From the NCBI GenBank assembly GCA_951406725.2, contig OX597814.1:191518001-191582000 (forward strand): a stretch of DNA of 64,000 nucleotides, in the 5' to 3' direction. Made by a program: the position numbers and the translations under genes. This DNA is from Octopus vulgaris. Its lineage: Eukaryota. Below the pieces are notes generated by a model, which saw only the letters and a list, made by a program, of their open reading frames with translations, had not been told where the DNA came from and did no database searches. Below, one piece after another: positions 50,206 to 63,665 of the stretch. Numbering within the stretch: the first letter of the stretch is position 1; each line of letters begins with the position of its first letter.

Positions 50206-51953
50206 TATATATATTAGAAAGGTGGTGAGCTGGTAGAAATGTAAGCATGCTGGGCGAAATAGTTAGCAGTATTTCATCTGTCTTTACATTCTGAGTTCAA
50301 ATTCTGCTGAGGTTGATTTTTGCCTTTCCTCCTTTCGGGGTCAAGGACTTCACTTCTATTTCTAAGAGGATGTTTTGGCTGCTATTTCTATTTATGTGAT
50401 TGAATGACCACATATATATATATATATATATATACATTAGAAAAGAGGCAAGCTGGCAGAAGCGTTAGCACGCTGGGCGAAATGCTCAGCGGTATTTCGT
50501 CTGTCTTTACGTTCTGAGTTCAAATTCCGCCGAGGTCGACTTTGCCTTTCATCCTTTCAGGGTCGATTAAATAAGTACCAGTTACGCACTGGGGTTGATA
50601 TAATCGACTTAATCCATTTGTCTGTCCTCATTTGTCCTCTCTGTGTTTGGCCCCTTGTGGGTAGTAAAGAAATAGGCATTTCGTCTGCTTTTACATTCTG
50701 AGTTCAAATTCTGCTGAGGTTGACTTTGCCTTTCATCCTTTCGGGTTCGATAAATTAAGTACCAGTTGCATAATGGGGTCGATCTAATCGACTGGCCCCC
50801 TCCCCAAAAATTTCGGGCCTTGTGCCTAGAGTAGAAAAGAAAGAATGACCACATAAAGGTTCTCTTGTTGGTTTGAGTCTGATGTAGTTTATCGTTGGAC
50901 TATAAGGTATTGTACTATATGTCTGACTGCTTTCTTTTGCTTCTAAATTTGATTGTTCTTTTTGTGGAATCTTCTATGCCCACCAAGCTAATGATATTTT
51001 TCCTGCTCATTGATGATGCTGTTGCTGTTGCTGTTGAGTGAATGGTCTTCGTCCCAGAGCTCACAAGATGGAAGAAGTCCGAAACATGGTCCTTTGCTAT
51101 TCGAAAGACCCACAGAAGAGAGGGCAGGTCAACCCCCAACACCGAGGGCATCAACGGATGGATGAATGCGCATCCAGACTCAGCGGTTGTGTAGGAAGTC
51201 GGGGACAAGAAACAGGAAGAAAGTGTGAGAGAAAGTTGGAACGAAAGAGCCACCATTTGAGCATGGTCATTGTCAGAATCGCCTGACTGGCCCTCGTACC
51301 GGTGGCACTTAAAAGCACCCACTACACTCTCAGACTGTTTGGCGTTAGGAAGGGCATCCAGCTGTAGAAACTTTGCCAGATCAGATTGAGCTTGGTGCAG
51401 CCTTCTGGCTCACCAGTCCTCAGTCAAATTGTCTAACCCATGCCAGCATGGAAAGTGGACATTAAACGATGATGATGATGATGTTCTAGTAGCAGACACC
51501 ATCTGTTGTGGTATTCCTTCCTACTCTACTTGTCATTTGATAAGCAGCTGTTTATTTCTTTAAACAGTTCAACTGTTTCACTCATTATAATGACAAGACT
51601 ATTATTATACTACAATTTGTTATAATAATAATAATAATAATAATAATAATTTCTAATTTTTGCTGCAAAGGCAGCTTGGGGGAAGTGGGGACGAGTCAAT
51701 TACAGCGACCCCAGTGTTTCACTGGTACTTAATTTATTGGCCCCAAAAGGATGAAAGGCAAAGTCAACTTTGGCAGAATTTGAGCTCAGAATGTAGCTTC
51801 TTTCAGTTTCCGTCTACCAAATCTGCTCACAAGGCTTTGGTCAGCCTGAGGCTATAGTAGAAGACAGTTGCCCAAGGTGCCACACAGTGGGACTGAACCC
51901 GGAACCATGTGGTTGGGAAGCAAGCTACTTACCACACAGCCACTCCTACGCCT

Positions 51954-51954
51954 A

Positions 51955-52017
<63 letters not shown>

Positions 52018-52031
52018 AGATAGATAGATAA

Positions 52032-52106
<75 letters not shown>
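51954..52106. repeat. (TATC)n microsatellite with a short internal inverted (GATA)n segment
   Basis: Read directly. Confidence 0.95.
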
Positions 52107-52529
52107 ATTTAACGTCCATTTTCCATGCTGGCATGGCTCTGATGGTTTTACAAGGATCCAGTGATTCACAGGGCTGCATTATATCCCATCTCAGCATTGG
52201 CAAGCTTTCCACCTTTGGTTGTCCTTCCTATCGCCAACCTCTTTACACTGTGTACTGGCTACTTTGAGATGGACAGTTCACGAATTCAAATCTTGTGTCA
52301 TCCACGCAGCTTCCCATCCAGGCACCGGTTTGTTTCTCATCTGCGTAATGTTATACAAAGACGGATTAATCATAAGGACCTGTGAATCACTTAGGATTGT
52401 TACACTAATGACTAGACAGTTAATATTCTTTTTATCTCTTTTAAATTTATGATATTGTTACAGACGTCGTGGATTATCAGACATAACAATGGGTTTTTTG
52501 TTTAGTCATTTTGTTATTAACGTAAATCC

Positions 52530-52765
52530 TTCGTCGTCATCATTATCGCTATCTCATCATCATCAGCAGCATCGTATTCATCATCGCCGTCTCCCCACCT
52601 CCACCATTAGCATCGCCACCTCCACTACCGCCACCGCCGCCATCACCACCGCCGCCGCCGCCGCCGCCATCACCGCCGCCATCGCCGCCGCCATCGCCGC
52701 CGCCATCGCCGCCGCCATCACCGCCGACATCGCCGCCGCCGCCACCACCACCACCATTATCATCG
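52530..52765. repeat. GC-rich trinucleotide array (CAT/CAC/CGC)n
   Basis: gccgccgccatc-type repeats grading into catcat. Confidence 0.92.
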
Positions 52766-53385
52766 TGACTCCCACCCATTTTGCATCCGCTTTTGATGCT
52801 AGCATAGGTTGCACAAGTCGGCTCTGTTCGCGTTAAGTTTTCTATTCTAAGTAACTCTTTCAAGGCGTGGTCAGAGAATCACACCTAACTCACGTTTCCT
52901 TTTCCTATGGTTTCTTATAGTAAAAAAAAAATTAACACAGAAAATACTAGTTGCCTTAATTATATACTTTCACTAAACCCTGTTTACTATTCCGTTGCAT
53001 ATAGACGTAGGCGTTCGCGTGGCTGTGTGGTAAGATGGTTAGCACGCCGGGCAAAATGCTTAGCAGTATTTCATCTGCCGCTACGTTCCGAGTTCAAATT
53101 CCGCCGAGGTCGACTTTGAATTTCATTCTTTCGGGGTCGATTAAATAAGTACCAGTTATGCAATGGGGTCGATATAATCGACTTAATCCGTTTGTCTGTC
53201 CTTGTTTGTCCTCTCTGTGTTTAGCCCTTTGTGGGTAGTAAAGAAATAAGATGCTTGCTTCCCAACCACATGGTTCCGAGTTCGGTCCCACGGCGTGCCA
53301 CCTTAGGCAAATGTCTTCTACCATAGCGTCAGGCCGACCAGAGCTTTGTCAGTGGATCTGGTAGACAGAAACTGAAAGAAGCCCG

Positions 53386-53421
<36 letters not shown>

Positions 53422-53870
53422 ATGTATGTATGTATGTATACATACACACACACACACACACAACGTGCTTCTTTCAGTTTCCGTCTACCAGATCCACTGA
53501 CAAAGCTCTGGTCGGCCTGACGCTATGGTAGAAGACATTTGCCTAAGGTGGCACGCAGTGGGACCGAACCAACCATGTGGTTGGGAAGCAAGCATCTTAC
53601 CACACAGCCACCTACGTCTATATATATGTGTGCGTGTGTGTATGTGGAGAGGTCTTTGTCCCCGATCGCTGCTTAACAACCAGTGTTGGTGTGTTTACGT
53701 CCTCGTAACATAGCGGTTCGGCAGAAAAGAAAGACCGATAGAATAAATACCAGGCTTAAAAAAAATAAGTGCTGGAGTCGATTCGTTCGACTAAATTTCC
53801 TCAACGCGATGCCCCAGCGTGGTCGCAATCCAATGATTGAAAGAAGTAAAAGACGAAAAGAACAGAATAA

Positions 53871-54269
53871 TCTTTATATATAAAAGAGAGATTGTGTGTC
53901 TGTCTCCTACGATTTAGATTCCTAACTACTCCCACATTTTACGGTGCAGTTTAACCAAAACCGGGTATCTTATAGTCGTGATTCATATCGAGCCCGTCTG
54001 ACTGTTAGCGCGCGTCTACGATGAGTCTACGATTAAAAAAAAAAATTACCATAATTTTTTCCCATTTTTAATGCATTTTTTCGCTATTATATAAGGGAAG
54101 TAACTCTCTAAAAATGTCTACGATGAGTCAACGATTTAAAAAAAAATTACCATAATTTTTTTTTCCATTTTTAATGCATTTCTTTGCTATTTTTTGGCTA
54201 TAACTCTCTAAAAATGCTTATATAGTTATTTCCCTTACAAACCCGAGCAACGCCGGGCGATACTGCTAG
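53871..54269 (+). mobile_element. Non-autonomous Helitron (type 2)
   Basis: Closely similar inverted copy of 49811..50205; TC...CTAG between A and T. Confidence 0.85.
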
Positions 54270-54519
54270 TATAAATATAAATGATAGTAACTGATAAATA
54301 TTACGTACCAAACAAGGAAAAAAATGCTTTATTATTTACCCTAATATTAACCAAACGTAATACTCGCCACCTTTCATTTCTGTATTTATTATTCATTTAC
54401 AAAGAAACATCTAATCCTGTTTACTATATACTGTCACATATCGATAAAAATCGGATTAATCATTGTGCAATTGTAATTTGTCCCATAATTCTCTGTCTCT
54501 TTATATTTCTCACTTCAAC

Positions 54520-55095
<576 letters not shown>

Positions 55096-57809
55096 CTCGT
55101 TCCACACAAAGGATTCGTCAAACTGCATATCACTTTCTTCTCCTGTTGCTTATTATTCGCGTCATTCATTTCAAAGCTGTAAATGAAAAGCTAACTGCCT
55201 TCCCCCACCCTGTCTCCTTCTCAATAGTTGTCACTCTCTCTCCGTCTCCTTTCTCTCTCTTCCTCCCATTCCCGCCCTCTCTGTCGGTCGGCCTGACCTC
55301 CTTTGTTTAGTGATCCCTCTGGTGTTTAACTGAGATATGGAAATGCACACCCACGCCAATTGCACTAATTTTATTATAAACAAACTAAGCTGGCATGGCC
55401 GTGTAGTTAAGAAGCTCATTCTGTAACCATGTGGTTTTGAGTTCTGTCCCATAGTGCAGCACCTTGGGGAGGTATCTTCTACTATAGCCCTGCACCGATC
55501 AATGTCTTGTGAGTGCATTTGGCAGATGGAAACTGTGTGGAAGCCCATCGTATGTATGTATTATATATGTATGTATTATATATGTATGTATGTCATTATT
55601 CAGTTTATTTCAAGATTTCTTGCCAATAGAGAAAGAACCGGTTTCTAATCTAGATCCAAGGCTCCTTCACTGAAATTTCAACATCAACAACAGGGTATTT
55701 TTGCATGTTTGTGTGTATGTGTGCAGTATGTAGAGTTAGTGTATGTGCAAATTTGTATGTTTTGTATGTTTTGGTCTGTGTATGTATTCTCATGCATATT
55801 GTTGCATGTCTAGACATGCTCATATATACTTAAATGATAAACGTGTGGAGAGTTTTGACAAACCTTTTAGCGTTCCATTGATGGCTTGAATCTAATTAGC
55901 TTTCTCCTTTCTAGTTTTGAGAAGCCTAATTTCTCAACATTGTTGCTAAAGAGGTTTGTTATGTATGTATGTATTTATGTATGTATGTATGTATGTAGGT
56001 GTACATGTATGTATGTATGTATCATCATCATCATCATCATCATCATCGTTTAACGTCTATTTTCCATGCTGGTATGGGCTAGATGATTTGATTGAGGACT
56101 GGTGAATTAGATGGCTGCACAAGGCTCCAATCTTGATCTGGCAGAGTTTCTACAGCTGGATGCCCTTTCTAATGCCAAATGCTCCGAGAGTGTAGTGGGT
56201 GCTTTTATGTGCCAGTCAGGCAGTACTGGCAATAGCCACGCTCAAATGGTGTTTTTACGTGTCACCTGCACAGGAGCCAGTTCAGCGGCACTGGTTTCAG
56301 TGTTACTCAAGAAACAGGAAGAGAGAGTGAGAGAAAGTTGTGGCGAAAGAGTACAACAGGGGTCGCCCCCCCCCCCTGCTGGAGCCTTGTGGAACTTTTA
56401 GGTGTTTTCACTCAATAAACACACACAACGCCCAGTCTGGGAATCAAAACCGCGATCCTCTGACTGCGAGTCTGCTGCCCTAACCACGGGGCCATTGCAC
56501 CTCCACTAATATAATTGAAGTAGGGTGCATATAATATGCAGGGTGATGAGCTGACAGAACCATCAGCAGGTCAGATAAAATACTCAGCTTCATTTCATTT
56601 GACTCTTGACATTCTGAGTTCAAATCCCACTGAGGTCAGCTTTGCCTTTTGTCTCTTAGGAGTTTGGTAAAATAAACTACCAGTTAAGTGCAGGGGTCAA
56701 TGTAGCTAACTTGTTCTCCCCACCACCTCAAAAATTGCTGGCTTGAAACCCTGCAATGGATCAGCGACCCTTTTCAAGAGAATGTTGTGATCTCAGTCAT
56801 TTATAAACCATGGAGACTGAGTAAATGGCCATATAACTCCTGGGGCTCAATGTATATATAAAGTAAGGGTGCAAGCTGGTAAAATCATTAGCAAAGTGCT
56901 GAGTGGCATTTCGTCTGTCTTTATGTTCTGAGTTCAGCTGAGGCTGACTTTGCCTTTCATTCTTTCAGGGCCAATAAAATAATTCATGTAAAAGGGCACC
57001 ATTTGAGCATGATCATTATCAACGTCGCCTCACTGGCACCTGTGCCGGTGACATGTGTAAAAAGATTTGAGCGAGGTCATTGCCAGTACCACCTGACTGG
57101 CCCCATGCTGGTGGCACGTAAAAAGCACCCACTACACTCTCGGAGTGGTTGGCGTTAGGAAGGGCATCCAGCTGTAGAAACTCTGCCAGATCAAGATTGG
57201 AGCCTGGTGCAGCCATCTGGTTTGCCAGCCCTCAGTCAAAATCGTCCAACCCATGCTAGCATGGAAAGTGGACGTTAAACAATGATGATCATGATGATGA
57301 TGATGATGATAAAATGGGGTTACTGTGAACACCGGGGTAACTTTGAACAAAATATAATATTTTGTTTCCTCTTTATATTACAGCTCAAGGTCACACAGTA
57401 ATGCAATTTTAAAATAATTTTACTTCAGCTGAATGGGCTAATTCATTTTTAAAGCGAAACAAATCCCAATTAGTAACATGCCTGTGCCAAAATATCAAAA
57501 ATCCAGAGCATGTTTAAGTGTTACAGAAGTATACTCGTACTTCCAGCACTTAAAAGTGGCTCTTACAGTTAGTTGATGGAAAACTTATCCCTCCAAATAA
57601 TATTCTCATACTGTTACTTGTTTCAGTCATTTGACTGTGGCCATGCTGGAGCACCACCTTTAGTCGAACAAATTGACCCCAGGACTTATTCTTTGTAAGC
57701 CTAGTACTTATTCAATCGGTCTCTTATACCGAACAGCTAAGTTATGGGCACGTAAGCACACTACCATTAGTTGTCAAGCAATGTTGGGGGGACAAACAAA
57801 GACACACAA

Positions 57810-57853
<44 letters not shown>

Positions 57854-57940
57854 CATTTTTCATATGTAATGTAGTGGTGTTGCAAAATTTGAATTGTGAA
57901 TATTAATTTCCATTATGTCCTTTATATTGTATCAAAATTT

Positions 57941-58155
57941 AAGGCGGTGAGCTGGCAGAAACATTAGCGTGCCGGGCGAAATGCTTAGCGGTGTTTCATG
58001 TCTTTACTTTCTGAGTTCAAATTCTGCCGAGGTCGACTTTGTCTTTCATCCTTTCAGGGTCGATAAATTAAGTACCAGTTGCATACTGAGGTCGATTTAA
58101 TCGACTGGCCCTCCCCTCCCCCAAAATTTCAGGCCTTGTGCCTAGAGTAGAAAAG
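57941..58155 (+). mobile_element. SINE family B' (same head and core as B, different tail GGCCTTGTGCCTAGAGTAGAAAAG). Other copies near 462-680, 1062-1297, 1900-2125, 15490-16137, 25532-25696, 27700-27920, 33263-33475, 44060-44245, 50675-50842, 56540-56745, 58535-58745
   Basis: Head and core match family B; the tail ends in AGTAGAAAGG(ATT)n-like sequence. Confidence 0.82.
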
Positions 58156-60479
58156 TATATTGTATCAAAATTTCATGCATTTATTTTGTAAAGTTAAGCA
58201 AGTTATTAAAAACTGAAACCCATCAGTGACTTTTGGGACACCCTGTATATAAAGTGTGTACCTTCCTCTATTCATCTGTTACTCATAAAAATGCAAGACA
58301 CATATCAAACACTGATTTATCATTTGCATTCATACATATGTACTAGACATGTATTGCATGCTATGAATTCAGACAGGAAATATCACTGATATGGGCAGAT
58401 GGTGTAATAAAGGAAGTGTTTAAGCAGATAACTGATACCTTTTGCATGATTCAGTTGATGAAAGCAGGACTGGAAAGCTGAAATGTTGAGAAAATTGGTT
58501 TTTGCTCTCTCTTCTTTCACACACTACCATCTTGAGCTGGCAGAATTGTTGTTAGTATGCAGGATAAAATGCTTTGCAGTATTTCTTACCTGCTTTAATT
58601 TTTCGGAGTTGAAATGTTTGTTGCCAAGTTCAACTTTGCTATTCATCCTTTAAAAGAATATGTACCAGCTGAGCCCTGGGATCGATGTATTCAACTGGGC
58701 CTACCCAACAAAATTTTGGGCCTTGTGGGTACCTATAATAGAAATAATGATGATGATGAAGATTATAATGATGATAATAGTGATGATGATGATGATGACG
58801 ATGATGATGATGATATACCTTGTGAGACCTTTGAGAACGGGATGCTGTCTGCTCTCATAGAATTAACCAGAGCAAGTAAGATCAAGAGATCAAGAGAAGT
58901 AAAATATAATAATGATAATAATAATAATGATGATGATGATGATGATGTGGTGTACACACACACACACAGTAACATATATATATCATCATCGTTTAACATC
59001 CATTTTCCATGCTAGCAATGGTTGGACAGTTCGACCAGGGTCTCGGAAGCCAGGAGGCTGCACCAGGCTCCAGTCTGATCTGGCAGTGTTTCTACAGCTG
59101 GATTCCCTTCCTAATGCCAACCACTCCGTGAATATAGTGGGTGCTTTTTACGTGCCACCGGCACAGGTGCCATGGGGAGGCTGGAAATATATATATATAT
59201 ATATATAAGCTCATATTTACCTTGCATGGTTAGGAGATTGTTTTGTAATTACAGAGTTTCCCTGCTTTGATCCCACCCTGTGGCTCTTTAGATAAGGTTT
59301 GTCTACCATAGGCCCTGATTGCTTCAAGGGTTTTGAGAAAAAAAAATGCATAAACAGAAACCATATGAAGATTTGATGAATGGACTGTAAGCGTTCTTGG
59401 GAGGTAGATCTTATCCCTAACGTTTTAAAGCATTTCCACTTGACCTTTAGGGACCTTGAATAGAGTCAATTTGTTGTGAGTATCTGGACAAGGGCCCTGT
59501 TTTTGAGAATAAATCTATTCCTTGATCTGCCATTTCCTACTACAATGACACATATTATGAGTTGTTTGTTCACTCTGTCCTTTCTTCAGCAGTCTTGCAG
59601 GCCATTCCTTTTCTTTTGATAAACCTATTTCTTTACTACCCACAAGGGGCTAAACACAGAGAGGACAAACAAGGACAGAAAAACAGATTAAGCCGATTAT
59701 ATCGACCCCAGTGCGTAACTGGTACTTATTTAATCGACCCTGAAAGGATGAAAGGCAAAGTTGACCTCGGTGGAATTTGAACTCAGAACGTCGCAGCAGA
59801 CGAAATACCTATTTCTTTACTACCCACAAGGGGCTAAACACAGAGGGGACAAACAAGGACAGACTAACGGATTAAGTTGGTTACATCGGCCCCAGTGCGT
59901 AACTGGTACTTAATTTATCTACCCCGAAAGGATGAAAGGCAAAGTTGACCTCGGCGGAATTTGAACTCAGAACGTAACGTCAGACGAAATACCGCTCAGC
60001 ATTTTGCCCAGCGTGTTAACGATTCTGCCAGCTCGCCACCTTATAAACCGCCAATAAAAGCCTAATTGATAAACCACTAATAAAAGCCTAATTATGGCAC
60101 CACACTACACCTCTCTCTCACTGCACAATGTCTCCAATCCATTAAACTTTCCGTAACTTCAAGGCAAACAACAAGTCAAAGCTCTGCTAGTTTTATGTCA
60201 GATATGCCTTATAGCAAATATGCTTTTACTCCTGACCGTTCAAGACAGCTAAATTGGTAATGGAAAACCATCTCCTTAGGCATATTTCTTTACATTACTT
60301 CCACAAACCATAACCTGTAAGTGGTTCACTGACAAAAAACTATGAGAAAAGAATAACACTGACTACAAACAAACAAGGGGAAGTTATCCACCACTCCTCA
60401 AACGATATGGCTCTGTTGGTAACATTCTCAAAAACATAGACATATGTACAGGCATACTAATTACTGATGTAACACATGT

Positions 60480-60608
60480 TTGTGTGGGCATGTATACATA
60501 TGTATGTACGTATGTATGTATGTATGTATGTATGCATGCATGTATGTATGTATGTACGTATGTATGTATGTGTGTGTGTATGTATGTATGTATGTATGTA
60601 TGTATGTA

Positions 60609-60639
<31 letters not shown>

Positions 60640-60738
60640 GAGTGCGTGTGTGTGTATGTATGTATGTGTGTGTGAGTGCGTGTGTGTGTATGTATGTGTG
60701 TGTGTATGTATGTATGTATGTATGTGTGTGTGTATGTA

Positions 60739-60769
<31 letters not shown>

Positions 60770-60904
60770 ATGTATGTGTGTGTGTATGTATGCATGTATG
60801 TATGTATGCATGTATGTATGTATGTATGTATGTATGTGTGAGTGCGTGTGTGTGTATGTATGTATGTGTGTGTGTATGTATGTATGTATGTGTGTGTGTA
60901 TGTA

Positions 60905-60935
<31 letters not shown>

Positions 60936-60962
60936 ATGTATGTATGTATGTATGTATGTATG
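60480..60962. repeat. (GTAT)n/(GT)n compound microsatellite
   Basis: Read directly. Confidence 0.95.
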
Positions 60963-61468
60963 TCATTGTTCAACTTTATTTCAAGATTTCTTGCCAATAG
61001 AGGAAGAGCTGGTTTCTAACCTAGATCCAAGGCTCCTTCATTGGAATTTCAACATCAACAACAGGGTATTTTTGTATGTATGTATGTATGTATGTATTTC
61101 ATTGGAGCTGCATCAAGCTCCAATGTGATCTGGCAACGTTTCTACAGCTGGATGCCCTTCCTAACATCAACCACTCTGAGAGTGTAGTGCATGCCTTTTA
61201 TGTGCCACCAGCACAGGAGCCAGTCAGACGGGTTTGGCATCGGTCACGTTTGGACAATGCTTTTTACATGCCACCAGCACAGGAGCCAGTCATAGGGTAC
61301 TGGCATCGGCTACGTTCGGATGGTGCTTTTTATGTGCCACTGGCACAGGAGACAGTCAGGGGATACTGGCATCAGCTACATTCAGATGGTGCTTTTTAAT
61401 GGGTTAAATATGGCTGTAGTACATATTTTGTAATTCCAGAAGAGTTGATTAAACATGGACCCAATACC

Positions 61469-61701
61469 TATTTCTTTACTACCCACAAGGGGCTAAACAC
61501 AGAAGGGACAAACAAGGACAAACAAACAGATTAAGTCGATTATATCGACCCCAGTGCATAACTGGTACTTATTTAATTGACCCTGAAAGGATGAAAGGCA
61601 AAGTCGACCTCGGTGAAATTTGAACTCAGCACGTAGCGGCAGACGAAATATCGCTAAGCACTTCGCCCGGCATGCTAACGTTTCTGCCAGCTCACCGTCT
61701 T
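61469..61701 (-). mobile_element. tRNA-derived SINE family B (3' end ...GCCCCTTGTGGGTAGTAAAGAAATA). Other copies at 8779-9009(+), 16138-16368(-), 25697-25910(-), 38574-38785(-), 43432-43825(+, dimer), 48978-49211(-), 50445-50674(+), 53038-53248(+), 59626-60042(-, dimer)
   Basis: Head GAGCTGGCAGAAACGTTAGC...GAGTTCAAAT, core GTCGACTTTGCCTTTCATCCTTTCGGGGTCGAT..AAGTACCAG. 19-bp TSD at 61455 and 61702. Confidence 0.88.
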
Positions 61702-62089
61702 ATGGACCCAATACCTATTTTACACATAAGCATATCTGAGTAAATATGACCCTAGTATATATTTTACAGATTTCTCCAGAAAGGGAAGAGCACAATTAAT
61801 TAATTTGATCTCAGTATATATTTCATTGACCCTACTAGTAGGATAAAATACATAATTGACCTTGGCCAAAATAACAATTAAGAATATTAAATTGGCTATG
61901 GTTTACAGAGATAACATTCTCCATGAGTTTACTCCCCTCTGTCCTATAAATATGGAATATTGTCAGCAATTATTACAATTTCTTGACTTTAGTTTATTGA
62001 TTTGACACATTTTATACCAAAAAATGTAGACTTGTTTTGCTTATTGTGTGATAGTCATGGCTGAGACTGAGCATCACATATATGTGTGC

Positions 62090-62862
62090 TGCACATATGT
62101 GCACATGTGAGCATGCACACACACACTCTCATATACATAAACACATACACATACATACACATACACACACACTCACTCATACACACACTCACGCACATGC
62201 ACATACACTCATATACATAAACATTCATGCATACATACACATACACACACACACTCACACACATATGCACACTTACAAATATGCATAAGCACACATACAT
62301 AAAACACACACACACGCACACACACACACACTTGCACACTCACAAATATACATAAACACTCACACATACACACACTCACAGATACATATAGACACACACA
62401 CACACTTGCACACTCGCAAGATACACATAGACACACACACACACATACTTGCACACTCACAAATACACATAAATACACATATATACACACACTCACAAAT
62501 ACACATGAATACTTATTCACACACACATATATGCTCTCACATACACACACAAATTCACACATACTCGCAAATATACATAAACACATATATAAATACACAC
62601 TCACTCACATATATACATAAACACACATTCACACACATACACACACTCACACATAGATGCAAATTCACACACACACACGCACACATTTACAAACACACAT
62701 GTACATACATACACTCACATATACACATAAACATACACACACAGATACACACATACACGTTCTCAAATACACAGAAACATCCATACAAAGACTAACTATC
62801 ATGTAGACACATAAGCGCACATACACACACTCATGAATATATATGCACACACATATATATAT
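62090..62862. repeat. Degenerate (CA)n-rich tract, continuing at 63666-64000 after the element C insertion
   Basis: Read directly. Confidence 0.92.
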
Positions 62863-62863
62863 A

Positions 62864-63665
62864 TGGCACAGAAAAACCACCATTCTGGTGTGGTCGATGC
62901 CAGTGCTGCCTGAGTGGAACCTGTGCTGGTGGCACATAAAAATCTCCATTCAAGCGTGATCAATGCCAGTGTCTCCTGAGTGACTCCTATGCCAGGGGCA
63001 CATGAAAACCACCATTTGAGCGTGGTCAATGCCAGTGCCACCTGATTAGCTCCCATGCTGGTGGCATGTAAAAAGCGCCATTTGAATGTGATCAATGCCA
63101 GTGCCACCTGACTGGCTCCTGTGCCAGTGGCACATAAAAACTCTATTCGAGCATGATCAATGCCAGTGACAGTGGCACATAAAAAGCACCATTCTGGCGT
63201 GATTGATGCCAGTGCTGCCTGACTGGCTCCTGTGCCAGTGGCACATAAAAAACTCCATTCAAGCGTGATCAATGCCAGTGACAGTGGCATGTAAAAACCA
63301 CCATTCTAGTGTGGTCATGTGAGTGCTGCCTGACTGGCTCCCATGCGGTGGCACATAAAAAACTCCATTCAAGCATGACCAATTCCAGTGCCTCCTGAGT
63401 GACTCTCATGCCAATGGCACATAAAAAGCCCCATTCAAGCGTCGTCAATGCCAGTGCCTCCTGACTGGCTCCCATGTTGGTAGCATATAAAAAGCACCCA
63501 TTACACTCTCGGAGTGGTTGGCATTAGGAAGGGCATCCAGCTGTAGAAACCTTGCAGATCAGATCGAAGCCTGGTGCAGCCTCCTGGTTTGCCAGTCCCC
63601 AGTCAAAGAGTACAACCCATGCCAGTATGGAAAGTGGACCTTAAACGATGATGGTGATGATGACA
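62864..63665 (+). mobile_element. Element C copy with an expanded array of about 10-11 units of ~66 bp
   Basis: Repeated TGGCACATAAAAA(G/A/C)CACCATT...GCCAGTG...CTGACTGGCTCC, followed by the standard core and GATGAT tail. Confidence 0.85.

Noticed and set aside
52278-52379. Minus-strand candidate terminal exon VLMINPSLYNITQMRNKPVPGWEAAWMTQDLNS*
   Set aside because: Weak pyrimidine tract, no recognisable homology and no upstream exon found; compatible with chance
52489-52863. Poly-Ala / poly-Gly ORFs suggesting a transcription-factor-like exon
   Set aside because: The flanking codons derive from a retroposon end and the tract is its mutated tail; no domain and no credible splice partner
62864-63500. 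CRISPR-like periodic array (also 16997-17400 and similar)
   Set aside because: The 'spacers' are homologous to each other, there are no cas genes, the context is eukaryotic, and the array is part of a retroposon
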